64,000 nucleotides of DNA, taken from contig OZ360225.1 of assembly GCA_977017645.1 (NCBI GenBank), positions 62,434,001-62,498,000 on the forward strand, given 5' to 3'. Numbering within the stretch: the first letter of the stretch is position 1; each line of letters opens with the position of its first letter. Made by a program: the position numbers and the translations under genes. A model generated the notes under the pieces. The model worked only from the letters and a program-made list of their open reading frames with translations. It had not been told where the DNA came from and ran no database searches. Origin of the DNA: Torpedo marmorata. Its lineage: Eukaryota. This document shows positions 53,491 through 64,000 of this stretch, one piece after another.

Positions 53491-55167
53491 ATTTTCTTTC
53501 TTTTTAAAATATTTTTATTGATTTTAATAAAGAACACACAAAAAATACAATTCAATAAAATGATATGGATAGTTACACAAACTTAATAAAACATTCAGTA
53601 TATCAAAAACATACATAAATCGTAAATCATATCCATAATTCATATTTCAAATGGTATATATTTTTAACAAAAAAAAACTAATAACAAAAAAATAGAAAGA
53701 AGAAAAAAGGAGAAAAGCTCAAAACCCCTGCCTAACAGTGTTGCCAGACGTTATATATGATTAATATTAAAAGAAAAATGAAGGTAGAAAAAATATATAA
53801 AAAGAACGTGGAAAAGATATGAGTCAGACAATTTAATTACATTGAAATGAAATTATAAAGTAAGATAGTGAGTCATAAATGACCCCCATAATTATATTTT
53901 CCATATTCAAACAGGACATGATGTCACGCAACCATTGATCATGAGTGGGCGGGGCAGCATCCTTCCATTTAAGTAAAATCGCACGCCTCGCCAAAGGAGA
54001 GGCAAAAGAAATAACGCGACTCTGAACCAGAGACAAAGAAGAATCATTCCCTCCCATTGTAACGAAGAGGGCCACCAGAGGATTCGGTATTAAATCTATA
54101 TTAAAATTTTTTGACAGAGTATGGAAAACCTCTCTCCAGTATTTTTCTAAACTAGGACAAGTCCAGAACATATGAATTAATGACGCTTCTTAGCTCTTAC
54201 ACCTGTCACAACAAGGGCTCATATCAGAATAAAAACGAGACAATTCAGCCTTAGACTAATGTGCTCTGTGAACCACTTTGAATTGTAATAAACAATGGCA
54301 AGCACATAACGAAGAGCCATTAACCAACTTAAGAAATGTGTCCCAATCCACATCCGATATAGTTAAATTTAAATCCTGTTCCCAAGCATTTTTGATTTTA
54401 ACTAACAAAGTCTGATTTAAACATAACAATTTCTTGTAAATAATAGATATTAAACCTTTACGAGAAGGCATTAAACTAAAAAACTCATCTACAAAATTTG
54501 ATTCAGACTCTCTTGGAAAATCAGATAATTGTGATTCAAGAAAATGCCAGACTTGCTGCAAATATCTAAAAAATTGAGATTTGGGCAAGTTAAATTTAGC
54601 AGAAAGCTGCTCAAATGACGCAAAATATCCATCAATGAACAGATCCTTAAAACTTTGAATACCCTCTCTATACCATCTCTGAAAAATAACATCATGTAAA
54701 GAAGGTTGAAAAAAGTGATTGAATACGATAGGGCTTGAAAGAGAGAAATTATGAAATGCAAAATGTTTTCTAAACTGTGCCCAAATTCTCATAGAATATT
54801 TAACAATTGGATTATCTATTAACTTAGTTGAAAATGGAAGTGAAGAGCCAAGAAGCGCTAAATTAGAAAAATTTTGGGGGGAATTCAGCTCCATTGATAC
54901 CCATAATGGGCAGTCAGAATATAAATTCTATTAAAATGAATATTTTGCCTAAATTTTTAGATCTTTTTCAATCTGTTCCAATTTTTGTTCTTAAATCGTT
55001 TTTTGACTTACTTGACTCGGCTATATTGTCTTACATATGGAAGGGTAAGCATCCTCACCTTAATAAAGTTCTTCTATAGAGATCTAAGAAAGATGGTGGA
55101 ATGGCTCTACCTAACTTTAGATTTTACTATTGGGCAGACAATATACGAAGTCTTAAGTTTTGGTCCT
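53491..55167 (-). mobile_element. L1-clade LINE, 5'-truncated with 5' inversion
   Basis: Minus-strand ORF2 C-terminus (LQFKVVHRAH; CDRC...HMFWTC knuckle) 53833-54894; plus-strand upstream ORF2 piece 54900-55167 (INSIKMNILPKFL...GGMALPNFRFYYWA); ~19-bp TSD TTTTTCACAGATRTATTTT at 53472-53490 and 55168-55186. Confidence 0.88.
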
Positions 55168-57829
55168 TTTTTCACAGATGTATTTTTAAACATAATACTC
55201 TGTCCATGAAGAAATTATTCTGTTAATATCGTGCAAGTAATTTTTGTGATAGTAAAAAAACTTAAATTTGGCAAAATTATCTGCAGCTTTTTGCTAAGGT
55301 AAAGCCAGACCTCAGATTTTAACCTTGTTCTGTTTCCTCCTTGTAAGGAAGAATTCACTGACGCGTGGACATATCCTTGAAAAGATTTCTATTTTTTCAT
55401 CGGCGGGGTGCTATTCCTATTAAAGTCTTTAAATAAAAAAATGCCTATTTAAAAAATATAGGTCAATGTTAATTTTTAAGACAACTGTCAAAATTCAGTA
55501 TTTAGAGATACTGTATATGACATCTCCAGAGATCCAGAGTAAATTTCTAACTTTATTTGCTAAAGCTAAAAAAATGTATAAGAAATAGAAGGCTAATCTA
55601 CTTACATTCGCAAAGGCAAATAGCATTTAGAAGCATCTGGAGAAACACAGACCAAGCAATACATCTGTTTGTAATATTTTCTTTCAAAGAGTGGCTATAT
55701 AATAAAATTTCTGTTAACTCCTTAATATATCTTGCACTTTATTATATTTTAATAAAGGGAGCATTTTACTGAGAAGAAAATGACTTTACGAATCCCACGT
55801 ACAGTTTAGGGTCGATAACAAGAGATTTGTGTCTTGAAATGTGAGGGACCATCGAACAATTGCTCACGAAATTTGAGATAAGTTTGCCTTTGTAACTCTC
55901 TAAAGCGAAAAAAAAATGTTTTTTTGTCGGCTGCATTTTCCACTGGAAATTTTATCCTTTGTTTACCATTTCTTCCCCACCGAGGAAAAAGTCTGTGACC
56001 TCTCTTCCCATTTAAATAACTTTCCAAAGCACAAACTGCGCAATGATTTATTTTTTGTTTGCAAAATGCAGCAAATAAGGTGGACTCACTGATGTACCTG
56101 ATTGTTTTATTTTTAGACATCATGAAATCAGAATGAAGGATCCAAACCTAGATTAAAAAGAAAGCTCCTGACATGACAGGCAGCGGGTTGACAGGGTTGT
56201 TAGTTTATGTAGGCTGTAGGCTGAATCAACTGGAAAATTTTGATCACTTTAATTTACTATATCCAGCATGCCTGCTTGACTTGTCCACCACTTTTATCAA
56301 GGCTTGTGAGGCAGTATTGATTTTTTTATTTTCTATGTAGGATAAGAAGACAGAGAGTTAGCAGCAACAGTGAATGTAGAACTTTCCTCAGATTACTGCT
56401 ATTCTCTAGTTTATTGCATTCTGTCGTTTGCAGTTTCAGATGATGTTCAGTGTGTCAGGATTACTTCAAGCAGGAAATAAGGTGAATAACAATAGAAGAT
56501 GCTGGAAGAAAAGGATTGAAAAAATTGGCAAAGTAAAAAAAAAGAGATGGGGTTGTAAAGAAGAGAAACAGATGCAGGCATGAGAAACTGAAAATGCTGC
56601 TAAATTATCATCATAAGTGTCCAGAATCTGAACATGTAAAGAAAAATGTTTTGTGGCAATATTGTTATATTTTGCCTCTTTTTTTTGTCTTTGAAGCAGA
56701 CAATCAGACAAAAGTCTTTAAATACTTAAAAGGCAATTAGTCAAAGCATTGCATATGCCTGTTCTGACACAGTGGATTAGATTAAACTGCTTAAATGGCA
56801 AGAATGTTCCTAGGTGTACATTTGTTAAAGCTTGTAACAATGCACTTCACTCAAGGTAATCAGCTGTGCTTAATACTAAGATTTACAAATAAAAGAAAAA
56901 CAAAATAAGACCAAGCCTAGGGGGTAGATGAGTTTTAAATAAATGTTATTACAAGATAAAGCATGAAATGTGTGCAAATGCAATCAACTGTGTAACAAGC
57001 AAACAAGAATAAAATTGAATCTGGCTCATAAGGAAACACAATTTAAACTTAATATTTAAAGAACTGGATATTATAATTTCACCTCCCACAGAAAAGTACT
57101 GTGCCAATCACATCCTTAGCATGTGAAAGTCACTTGATTAGATATACAATCTTTCACAATCAAAGGTTTGGATTTGTATTTTTGTTCTTCTGAATAGACG
57201 TATTAATTTGCAGATTAATACTTCAAAGTAAGAGAAATGTGCTTTTATCTCATTATTATAAACCTCAAGCAATTGCAAGTAACAACAACTAATTTTAAAG
57301 TTGCTCTTCTTTTATATTTTCAGAGTATCAATGACCTTAACATACTAAATTGGTTTGGGTTTTCTTCTACATTCAATAAAGTGATAAGCTGAAATTAATA
57401 AAAATTATTGAATTGAGAAGAACATTAAAGAACACAACTTATGACATTACTGGACAATTTTAGTATTAAGCTCACACATCAAACATAAAATAAGAAACAA
57501 GTTATGAATGAACGAACAATGTTAATGATTAAGTTTCTATTTGCCACTATAAACTTAGTTGAAGCAAAACCAGTCACATTTAATTAAATGGGTGATTGTG
57601 ATTGAAAAATTGACTTTGTTTTCCTCTTGCTTTAAACTTGGGTCACTAGTCTTTGAGCAGCGTAACCATGCTGCCTCACATCACACACGATCTCATAACC
57701 ATCACATATACCTCTTTAGTTGAGCTTGTCAGCGACCATGCTAACATTGTATGTCCATCAGTAGCAGGTTGCAAACTCAACTGCTGGGTGTTTCCAATTT
57801 TCAATTGTTTTTTTTTCAAAACCAAGTTT

Positions 57830-58080
57830 TCTCCACGCATCACCAGATTGAAGGACAATTTCTTCCCTGCTGTTATTAGTCAATTGAATGAACCTCCCAT
57901 CAGTAAAATTATGTTGTCCTTGCAACGTTTTTAACTGATTTTTTTTTCTCAGCAACACTACACTCTGCATTTTTGTTTTATTTTGCATTCACTATTGAAC
58001 TCAAGGACAGGTTAACTTGTCTGGATAGCACACAAAACAAAGTTTTTCACTGCATCATGTGTCAATAAACAATTTAATTC
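57830..58080 (+). mobile_element. Rex1/Babar-like 3' end remnant
   Basis: TRLKDNFFPAVISQLN followed by a 3' UTR ending CAATAAAC. Confidence 0.55.
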
Positions 58081-58577
58081 ATTTTGCAGGTACTGAATCC
58101 TGCTGTGCTAAGATTCGGTATATGCATCGGTTCTCTTCATTCTGGTCAGTGGCTATTCTTTGGTAAATTGAGTAGGGTGCTTCACATTTTGGCCACAGCA
58201 CACACCATAGTCAAGCTTGTGTTCTGTCCAAAATTCATGGAATTGTGAAGATGGCAGGGACAGGCTGGTTTCTTTGACCAATGGGGCTGTTTACTGACTG
58301 TTCCTGTGAAAATGCTTTAACTCAGCCCAATGACTAATTGAATTTTGGATCTTCTTGGTCCCTGAAGCTGAGTCCCTTACTGATTGGTTCATGGCCATTG
58401 TTTAGATAATAATCGTTTGAATCTTCTGTTGCGTTTTGCTTGCTGTTTACCTAAACTTGAACCTGGCTGCTTCATCTGGTATAGTCCCTGGATGCAGTCC
58501 TCCATGGGAATCCCAACTCTTTATCCAAGCACAGGGCAATGGAGAAGCTCTGAGCTCATGGTTGACTGCACTCATGG

Positions 58578-58578
<1 letters not shown>

Positions 58579-58634
<56 letters not shown>
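58579..58634. repeat. (CA)n microsatellite
   Basis: About 28 uninterrupted CA units. Confidence 0.95.
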
Positions 58635-58636
<2 letters not shown>

Positions 58637-58839
58637 AATTAAAAACATTTAAACTAACTTAAATTAGATACAAAGTTCCACCCATCATTCTCCCAGCAGC
58701 TGATTTCTCTCACCATGGATCTCTGTCCTTATCACAGGTTTAGCCCAATGTTGGCTCAGTGAGAATTCTCCTACAAGGTTGGTGCTGCTCCAGTGGCCTC
58801 ACCTGTTGACTGATCTGGTGCCATTTTAGAGGAAGATCT

Positions 58840-59596
58840 GCTTTATTATTCAACAACCGTACCTACTCAAAATATTCAACACGATAAACACAAATTAATC
58901 AAATTTGGAAAGTCATTCCAAAGTCAGTCTTAGAAATCCAGTGTTGAAACATAGACTTTTAAACTGATGTACTGAAGTAATCACGAAGGAGGTGGGAGAG
59001 ACTGAGAGTCCAGACTGTTGAAAACTCACGAATCCTTGTTGAGTTGCTTCCAGAGAAATGTCCTTTCTCACGAACAATTCCCCTTTTCCTTGGTGAGGGG
59101 AAACGAAACGTGTGACTTCCACAATACTTCCAAAACCCCGGCACGGGTCAGTTCGAAATGACCATCGCAATGGTCATGATCCAAATGCAGTAATTTTCCT
59201 GCTTCCTTTACCCAGATATGGGTCAATCAAAGTGACCTTTTCTTTGATCACGGTGTGGTTCAATAATTCCCCTTCAAAATGACCTTTCTTTTGGTCACGG
59301 TGGGGTTCAATAATTATTCCCCTGACACGGAGAATCAGACGAATTGTCCAGTACCACACAGAGTCTCTCCTATTCAGTGTTCATGAGAGAGCTGCTTATC
59401 CCAAAGTGAGCTGTTCCTTTAAGTTTTGGTCACATGACTCTCTCCACCTGTGTCCCTGGAAAAGCAGCACATTTCCTCTCTTCTCTTCAAAGTATCAACT
59501 TTGGGCACAGTCCGTAACTGATTGTTGCCACCCCAGTCTCTCCACAGCTGTGCATGTTTGCAGCTTGATTTGTTAACCCTTAAAGTGACAGTCACA
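58840..59596 (-). mobile_element. Possible LTR-like repeat
   Basis: Minus strand begins TGTGAC at 59596, has an internal ~47-bp tandem duplication (59233-59322) and AATAAA near 58845; no TSD found. Confidence 0.3.
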
Positions 59597-59615
59597 CTAA
59601 AATGAAATGGGAGCT

Positions 59616-59926
59616 TGTAGCGCCTGCTTAACGGCAGTGCTGCAAGATCAGAGACACATCTACACACAGAGTAGGAGAACTAGTAACTAACTTTATTCAA
59701 ACACTGCACGCACTTATATGGGTACAACCCACTTCCTGTCCTCGCACGCTCGGTCACGGAAGTGACGTCAGCGCGCTACATAGGAACAAGGTGTCACCCC
59801 CTAGCAACGCGTTCTTGAATCCTGGTGCTTCTCCTCAACAGGGAGAAAGTCCCTGCGCCATCTTGCACCGTCTGCATGTCGCGGCGATTCGGCCCATTGT
59901 GTGTGGAGCTGGACAGGACCGCTACA
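59616..59926 (-). mobile_element. Solo LTR (Gypsy-type)
   Basis: TGTAGCG...CGCTACA termini, 4-bp TSD AGCT (59612-59615, 59927-59930), AATAAA on minus strand ~59692, CpG-rich body. Confidence 0.88.
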
Positions 59927-60032
59927 AGCTCGTAATAAAATGGATACATTTAATTAATACACAACACTGACAAGTAGTTAAGAAACATTAAAAGAAATAC
60001 AATGATGTAAAGTAAGGACTTACAAGTTTCCA

Positions 60033-60310
60033 TTGGCACAGTGGTATGGCGTTGACCTTGGATGTTCTCTGCGTGGCGTTTGCAGGTCTTTATGTCCAAC
60101 CAGGTTTTCACCTGATGCTCCAGTTTCCTCCCACAACCAAAATAAATTCTGCTTGGTTTGTTTTGTTAGCCCCAGCAAGGTGGGTGGAAGATGAATCAAG
60201 GTGCGAGCTGATAGGGATAAGAGAGAGAATAGGGAATTGGGGAATGAGATCACCCTATGACCTAGCATGGCCTTGATGGGCTGATTGACCTCCTTCTATG
60301 CTGTGAGATG
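60033..60310 (+). mobile_element. V-SINE/HE1-like SINE, degenerate
   Basis: TGGCACAGTGG head, GCGTGGCGTTTGCAGG...CAGTTTCCTCCCACA core, CR1-like tail. Confidence 0.6.
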
Positions 60311-60539
60311 AAGGAAATGAATGGGGCTACGGCTCCAAGCATAAGGCTGAGAGCCTGATAGGAAGAGCAGCATCCTCTCCCACGCTCCTCTGCTGGATTC
60401 ACTGCTGACTGAACCTTGAGTGTGTGAGCCTTCCAGACAAATTGCATTCACCCATTCAGCACACTACTCAAAATATATTTAACCAAACATCTTTGTGGAT
60501 GGGATCAAAGATCCTCTTGTTTCCATTCAGCAGGTGGAA

Positions 60540-61089
60540 ACTTTGGTAAGGCCATACTTGGTAAACTGTGCGCAGTTCTGGTCACCCTGCTGGAGAAAGG
60601 ATGTCATTGAACTGGAAAGGGTGTAAAAAAGATTCACAGGATGTGACGAGCAGAGGCTGAACTTTTCTGTGGAGCAGAGAAGGCTGAGGAGTGATCTTAT
60701 AGCATTTTATAAAATCATGAGGAGGTATAGATAAGGTGAATGGTGACTGTCTTCTCCCCAGGGTAGGAGAGTCTAAAGCTAGAGGGCATAACTTTAAGTT
60801 GCAGGGTAAAGAGTTAAAAGCGGCCTGAGGGGCAACTTTTTCACTCACATGGTGGTGCATACATGGAATGAGCTGTCAGAAGAAGTGGTAGAAGGTACAA
60901 TTATGACATTTAAAAGATGTTTGAACAGGTACACAGAGAGGAAGGGATTAGAAGGATATGGACCAAGTGCTGGCAGATGGGTCTAATTTAGGCGGGCAAA
61001 CTGATCACCTTGGATGTGTTGGCTCTGATCACCATGGAAGCTGGCCAAAGGGCCAGCTCTCATGCTCTATGGCTCTGTGACTCCATGAC
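60540..61089 (+). mobile_element. CR1-type LINE 3' fragment
   Basis: TLVRP.L...AQFWSPCWRKDVIELERV motif; RRLRSDLI.FYKIM; tail CTCTATGGCTCTGTGACTC. Confidence 0.8.
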
Positions 61090-61264
61090 ACCACAGTTCT
61101 GTGTGTTTAGGGATAGCTGAAGAGATCAACATGGGATCCACAGACTCTTCCACAGCTGGGGCAGGAAATGCCTGTTGGGATCGATGGTTGGGTGTTTTGT
61201 GAGGTGCTGCACTCTTTCTGCCATGTATGTGTGCCCCTGATGCCTGAGCATCAGGTTCTCAGTA

Positions 61265-62670
61265 TCACCCCAAATGGTCCTTCTCTACTTCCAGCAGGTG
61301 CATGAATCTTTTTCTCGATTTGCCTGCTAAGCACTTCCATTGACAAAACTGAGGATAGAAGGTTTTTCTTCTGGAGACGGGTATCAGGTGCGATTTGCTC
61401 AGTGGTGCTGACTCAGTGTAATAAAGGCTGCAGTTTTGGGGGTGTTGGCCTGGGAAAGGAGACTGGCATTGGTTCACTTATCCTGCTTGTGGATTTGGAG
61501 GATTTTGCAAGGCAATCATTGGTGGAATCTTTCCAATGCCTTGAGGTACCTGTTGTAGGCAGTCCAGGTCTCAGAAGAATGGAGGAGGACAAAGTTCTCT
61601 GTAGCCCAGTAGACCATGAGTTTTGTGTCAGGTTTGAGGACTTGCGCGCTGGCGGTGCTGGCTCACGGTGCGATCGCGCTTCTCCTGCTCGGCTGTCCGG
61701 GCTTGGGCTTCCGCCGGTGGTGGGCTGCGAGGTGCGGCCTAATGGCTCGCACCGAGAAGCCGCTCTTCAGGATCGCAAAATGGCAGCGCTGCCGGAGCCA
61801 CTGCTGCCGCTACTGCAGACCCGCGGGGAGCAAGGGAGCGGAGATGCAGCGCTCCCGCGGGTATCAGCTGCCCAGTCGACTGCCGTCGGCTCTGCACGGG
61901 CTTTGAACGGCCCGTTGAGGGAGCCGACAGTGGTTTTATTTGAGATCCCGCGACCACGGGGTCTGCACACAAGATGGCAGCGCCTATTAATCGGCAGCAG
62001 CCACGAGGGGCTGCAGACTCCGGGGAAGCGGAGAACTGGAGCAGGGCACCAGAGGACGGAAAGATCACCCCCCGTCTGAGAAGGAGAAGCGGAGGAGATG
62101 AGCCACGGGACGGTGACCACGGCGGCGGACCAGTGAGGGGCTCTGAGGCTGAAGGACCAGTGCATGCAGCGGGCTGCTGGCGACTCGAAGCGAGGAACCT
62201 GCGGAGGCTGTGGGCTGCTGGAGACTGCTGTCGGGAGACTCGTGCCAGGCTGCGGACTGCTGGAGACTGGCTCGAACTGGCTGGAGGAGTACCAGGTATC
62301 GGAACCGGGATGCGAGGGGGTGCCGAGGGCGCCGAAGGGTTCCTGACCGTGTGGGAGGTTCGGATCTGGAGCTCAGGTTGCCGATGGTCTGGACTGGACT
62401 CTGTGTGGCTGCGGAGGCTGCGGAAGCGCTGGAGGCGAATCTACGGATACTGGGTGACTCTGGGGGGACTCGCTTTTGCTTCTCTTTCTCTGACTGTAAG
62501 GAATGTAAGAGGCGCTTAGGCAATTTCTGCCGGTGGCGAATCTGTCTGCCTTGCAGCAGGCAAAAAGTAATTTCATGTAATATGATACTGTTTTATTACT
62601 ATGACAATAAATTGAATCATGAATCTTGATCTTCAAACACACTTTTCCACAATCAAACAATGACCAGTAA
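61265..62670 (-). mobile_element. RTE (BovB-like) LINE remnant interrupted by a later insertion
   Basis: Minus strand reads KSVFEDQD (62625-62650), then LKPDTKLMVY...SETWTAYNRYLKALERFHQ...KILQI (61480-61640). Confidence 0.7.
61640..62630 (+). mobile_element. GC/CpG-rich non-autonomous retroelement with Rex1/Babar-like 3' tail
   Basis: ~1 kb CpG-rich body with no recognisable domain; ends AATTTCATG...ATGACAATAAATTGAATCATGAATCTTGA, like the tail at 296-345; splits the RTE reading frame. Confidence 0.65.
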
Positions 62671-63079
62671 AAGATGGTGCACAGAACAGTGCCAACAATT
62701 GACAAGTGAAGCAGAGCACGCATTGCAACTATACAGAAAGGTTCAGGAAAGGTAAATGCATTGGGAGGTGACTTGTGTAAATCTTAAGACCATACCTTCA
62801 TTCAATACAAATTACATTCATCCATTTGGCCCACACAAGCTCCTGTTATTAACAGTCTTAAAATACTCATATTTATTTTCAAATTCCTCCAACCTCTTGC
62901 AAGCTTTTCCAGATTACTTTGCTTCTTCTGTTCTTGACTCCCATGTTCTCTCTACTTTAATCACATAAACACTGACAGCCATATCGTCAGCTACCTGGTC
63001 CCAAGATCTGGAAATCTCTGTGTCTCTCTACCTACCCAATGTTGTGGTGACGAGCTTCCGCTTAGTAACAAGTTGCTGA

Positions 63080-63143
63080 AGGGCCTTGACCATGACTTTA
63101 GGGCCTTGACCATGACTTTAGGGCCTTGACCATGACTTTAGGG
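63080..63143. repeat. Perfect 20-bp tandem repeat x3 (GGGCCTTGACCATGACTTTA)
   Basis: Units at 63081, 63101 and 63121. Confidence 0.95.
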
Positions 63144-63844
63144 AGAAATATAAATTCAAGTCACTGTTGCAATAGAGTCACAGATTAATTGAGTTTTACA
63201 GCATGGAAACAGACTCTTCAGCCTAAACCATCAATGGAAAACCAATTGTCTACCGAAGCAAGTCTCATTTACCTGCGTTTGCCCCATATTCTTCTACACC
63301 ATTCCTATCCATGTACAAGTTTCAGAAACTGTTGGGAGGAGAAGGGCTGAATGGCCTGTATTATCTGTGGCATTATTATGCAAGAGATCGCACTGATGAG
63401 TGAAGTTGTAAATAGGGTTCATGCAAGTTCTTAGGAATCACGAGCTCCTTGGTTTATATTATTGGATTAACTGGTGTATTTTTCCCTGAGTTAATAAGAG
63501 GGGAGCATCATTGGCAATCTTGAAGCCACCACAGCATCCAACAGCTGGATGGAGCCAGAGAAGAGATGTCAAGGTCACTCTGTTTGTGGGCAAAGGGTGT
63601 TTCAGTGCAACCAGTATACGTATATTGCCCCCCCTGAATCATTCAGTAAAAGTTGACAGAGGCTGAGGGGAGGCCAGATAGAAATTTATAAAATGATGAG
63701 AGGCATAGATAAGGTGGACAGTCAGATTTTTGTCTTTCTACCAGGGTACAAATGTCAGTTGTGGATTTGGGACATGCTGTTAAGGTATCCCAGGCAAGTA
63801 ATTACACTATCTGGACCCACTACAATTCGCCTATCGTCACAATC

Positions 63845-64000
63845 ACTCCACAGCAGATGCAATATCGCTGGCTCTCCACGCAGCTCTGGATCACCTCGAA
63901 AACAGCAATTCATACATACGGCTGCTCTTCATTGACTAAAGCTCGGCCTTCAATACCATTATTCCCTCAGTGCTGGTCAAGAAGCTACAAACTCTAGGCC
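63845..64000 (+). mobile_element. Rex1/Babar RT fragment running off the window end
   Basis: [50 protein letters not shown]. Confidence 0.8.

Noticed and set aside
61402-62723. Several long overlapping ORFs (up to 225 aa) on both strands
   Set aside because: By-product of high GC in a repeat; they cross element boundaries and show no recognisable domain
63080-63143. CRISPR-like direct repeats
   Set aside because: No spacers, eukaryotic context, simple tandem repeat

Overview
Vertebrate genomic DNA, most likely a cartilaginous fish (ray or shark), inferred from the repeat complement: V-SINE/HE1-like SINEs, Rex1/Babar, CR1, L1 and RTE LINEs, Penelope-derived palindromes and CsRN1-type Gypsy elements. 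The only host gene is SALL3-like on the minus strand. Its coding exon 1 is 10514-10589 (MSRRKQAKPQHLKSDEE...), positions 1-10513 are intron 1, and about 53 kb upstream is repeat-rich gene desert. The most striking feature is an 813-bp internally deleted hAT transposon (24106-24918; 14-bp TIRs, 8-bp TSD, transposase C-terminus retained). It appears to have captured the promoter (X-box/forkhead motifs) and first coding exon of a host gene that I recognise as DNAH10, making it a Pack-type gene-capturing DNA transposon in a vertebrate. Also present: a full-length but defective CsRN1-like Gypsy element with tRNA-Trp PBS and a -1 frameshift signal, an L1 with a twin-priming 5' inversion and TSD, a GC-rich non-coding element with a LINE tail, a solo LTR, and candidate SALL3 enhancers. 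All homology calls are from recognition, not database searches.
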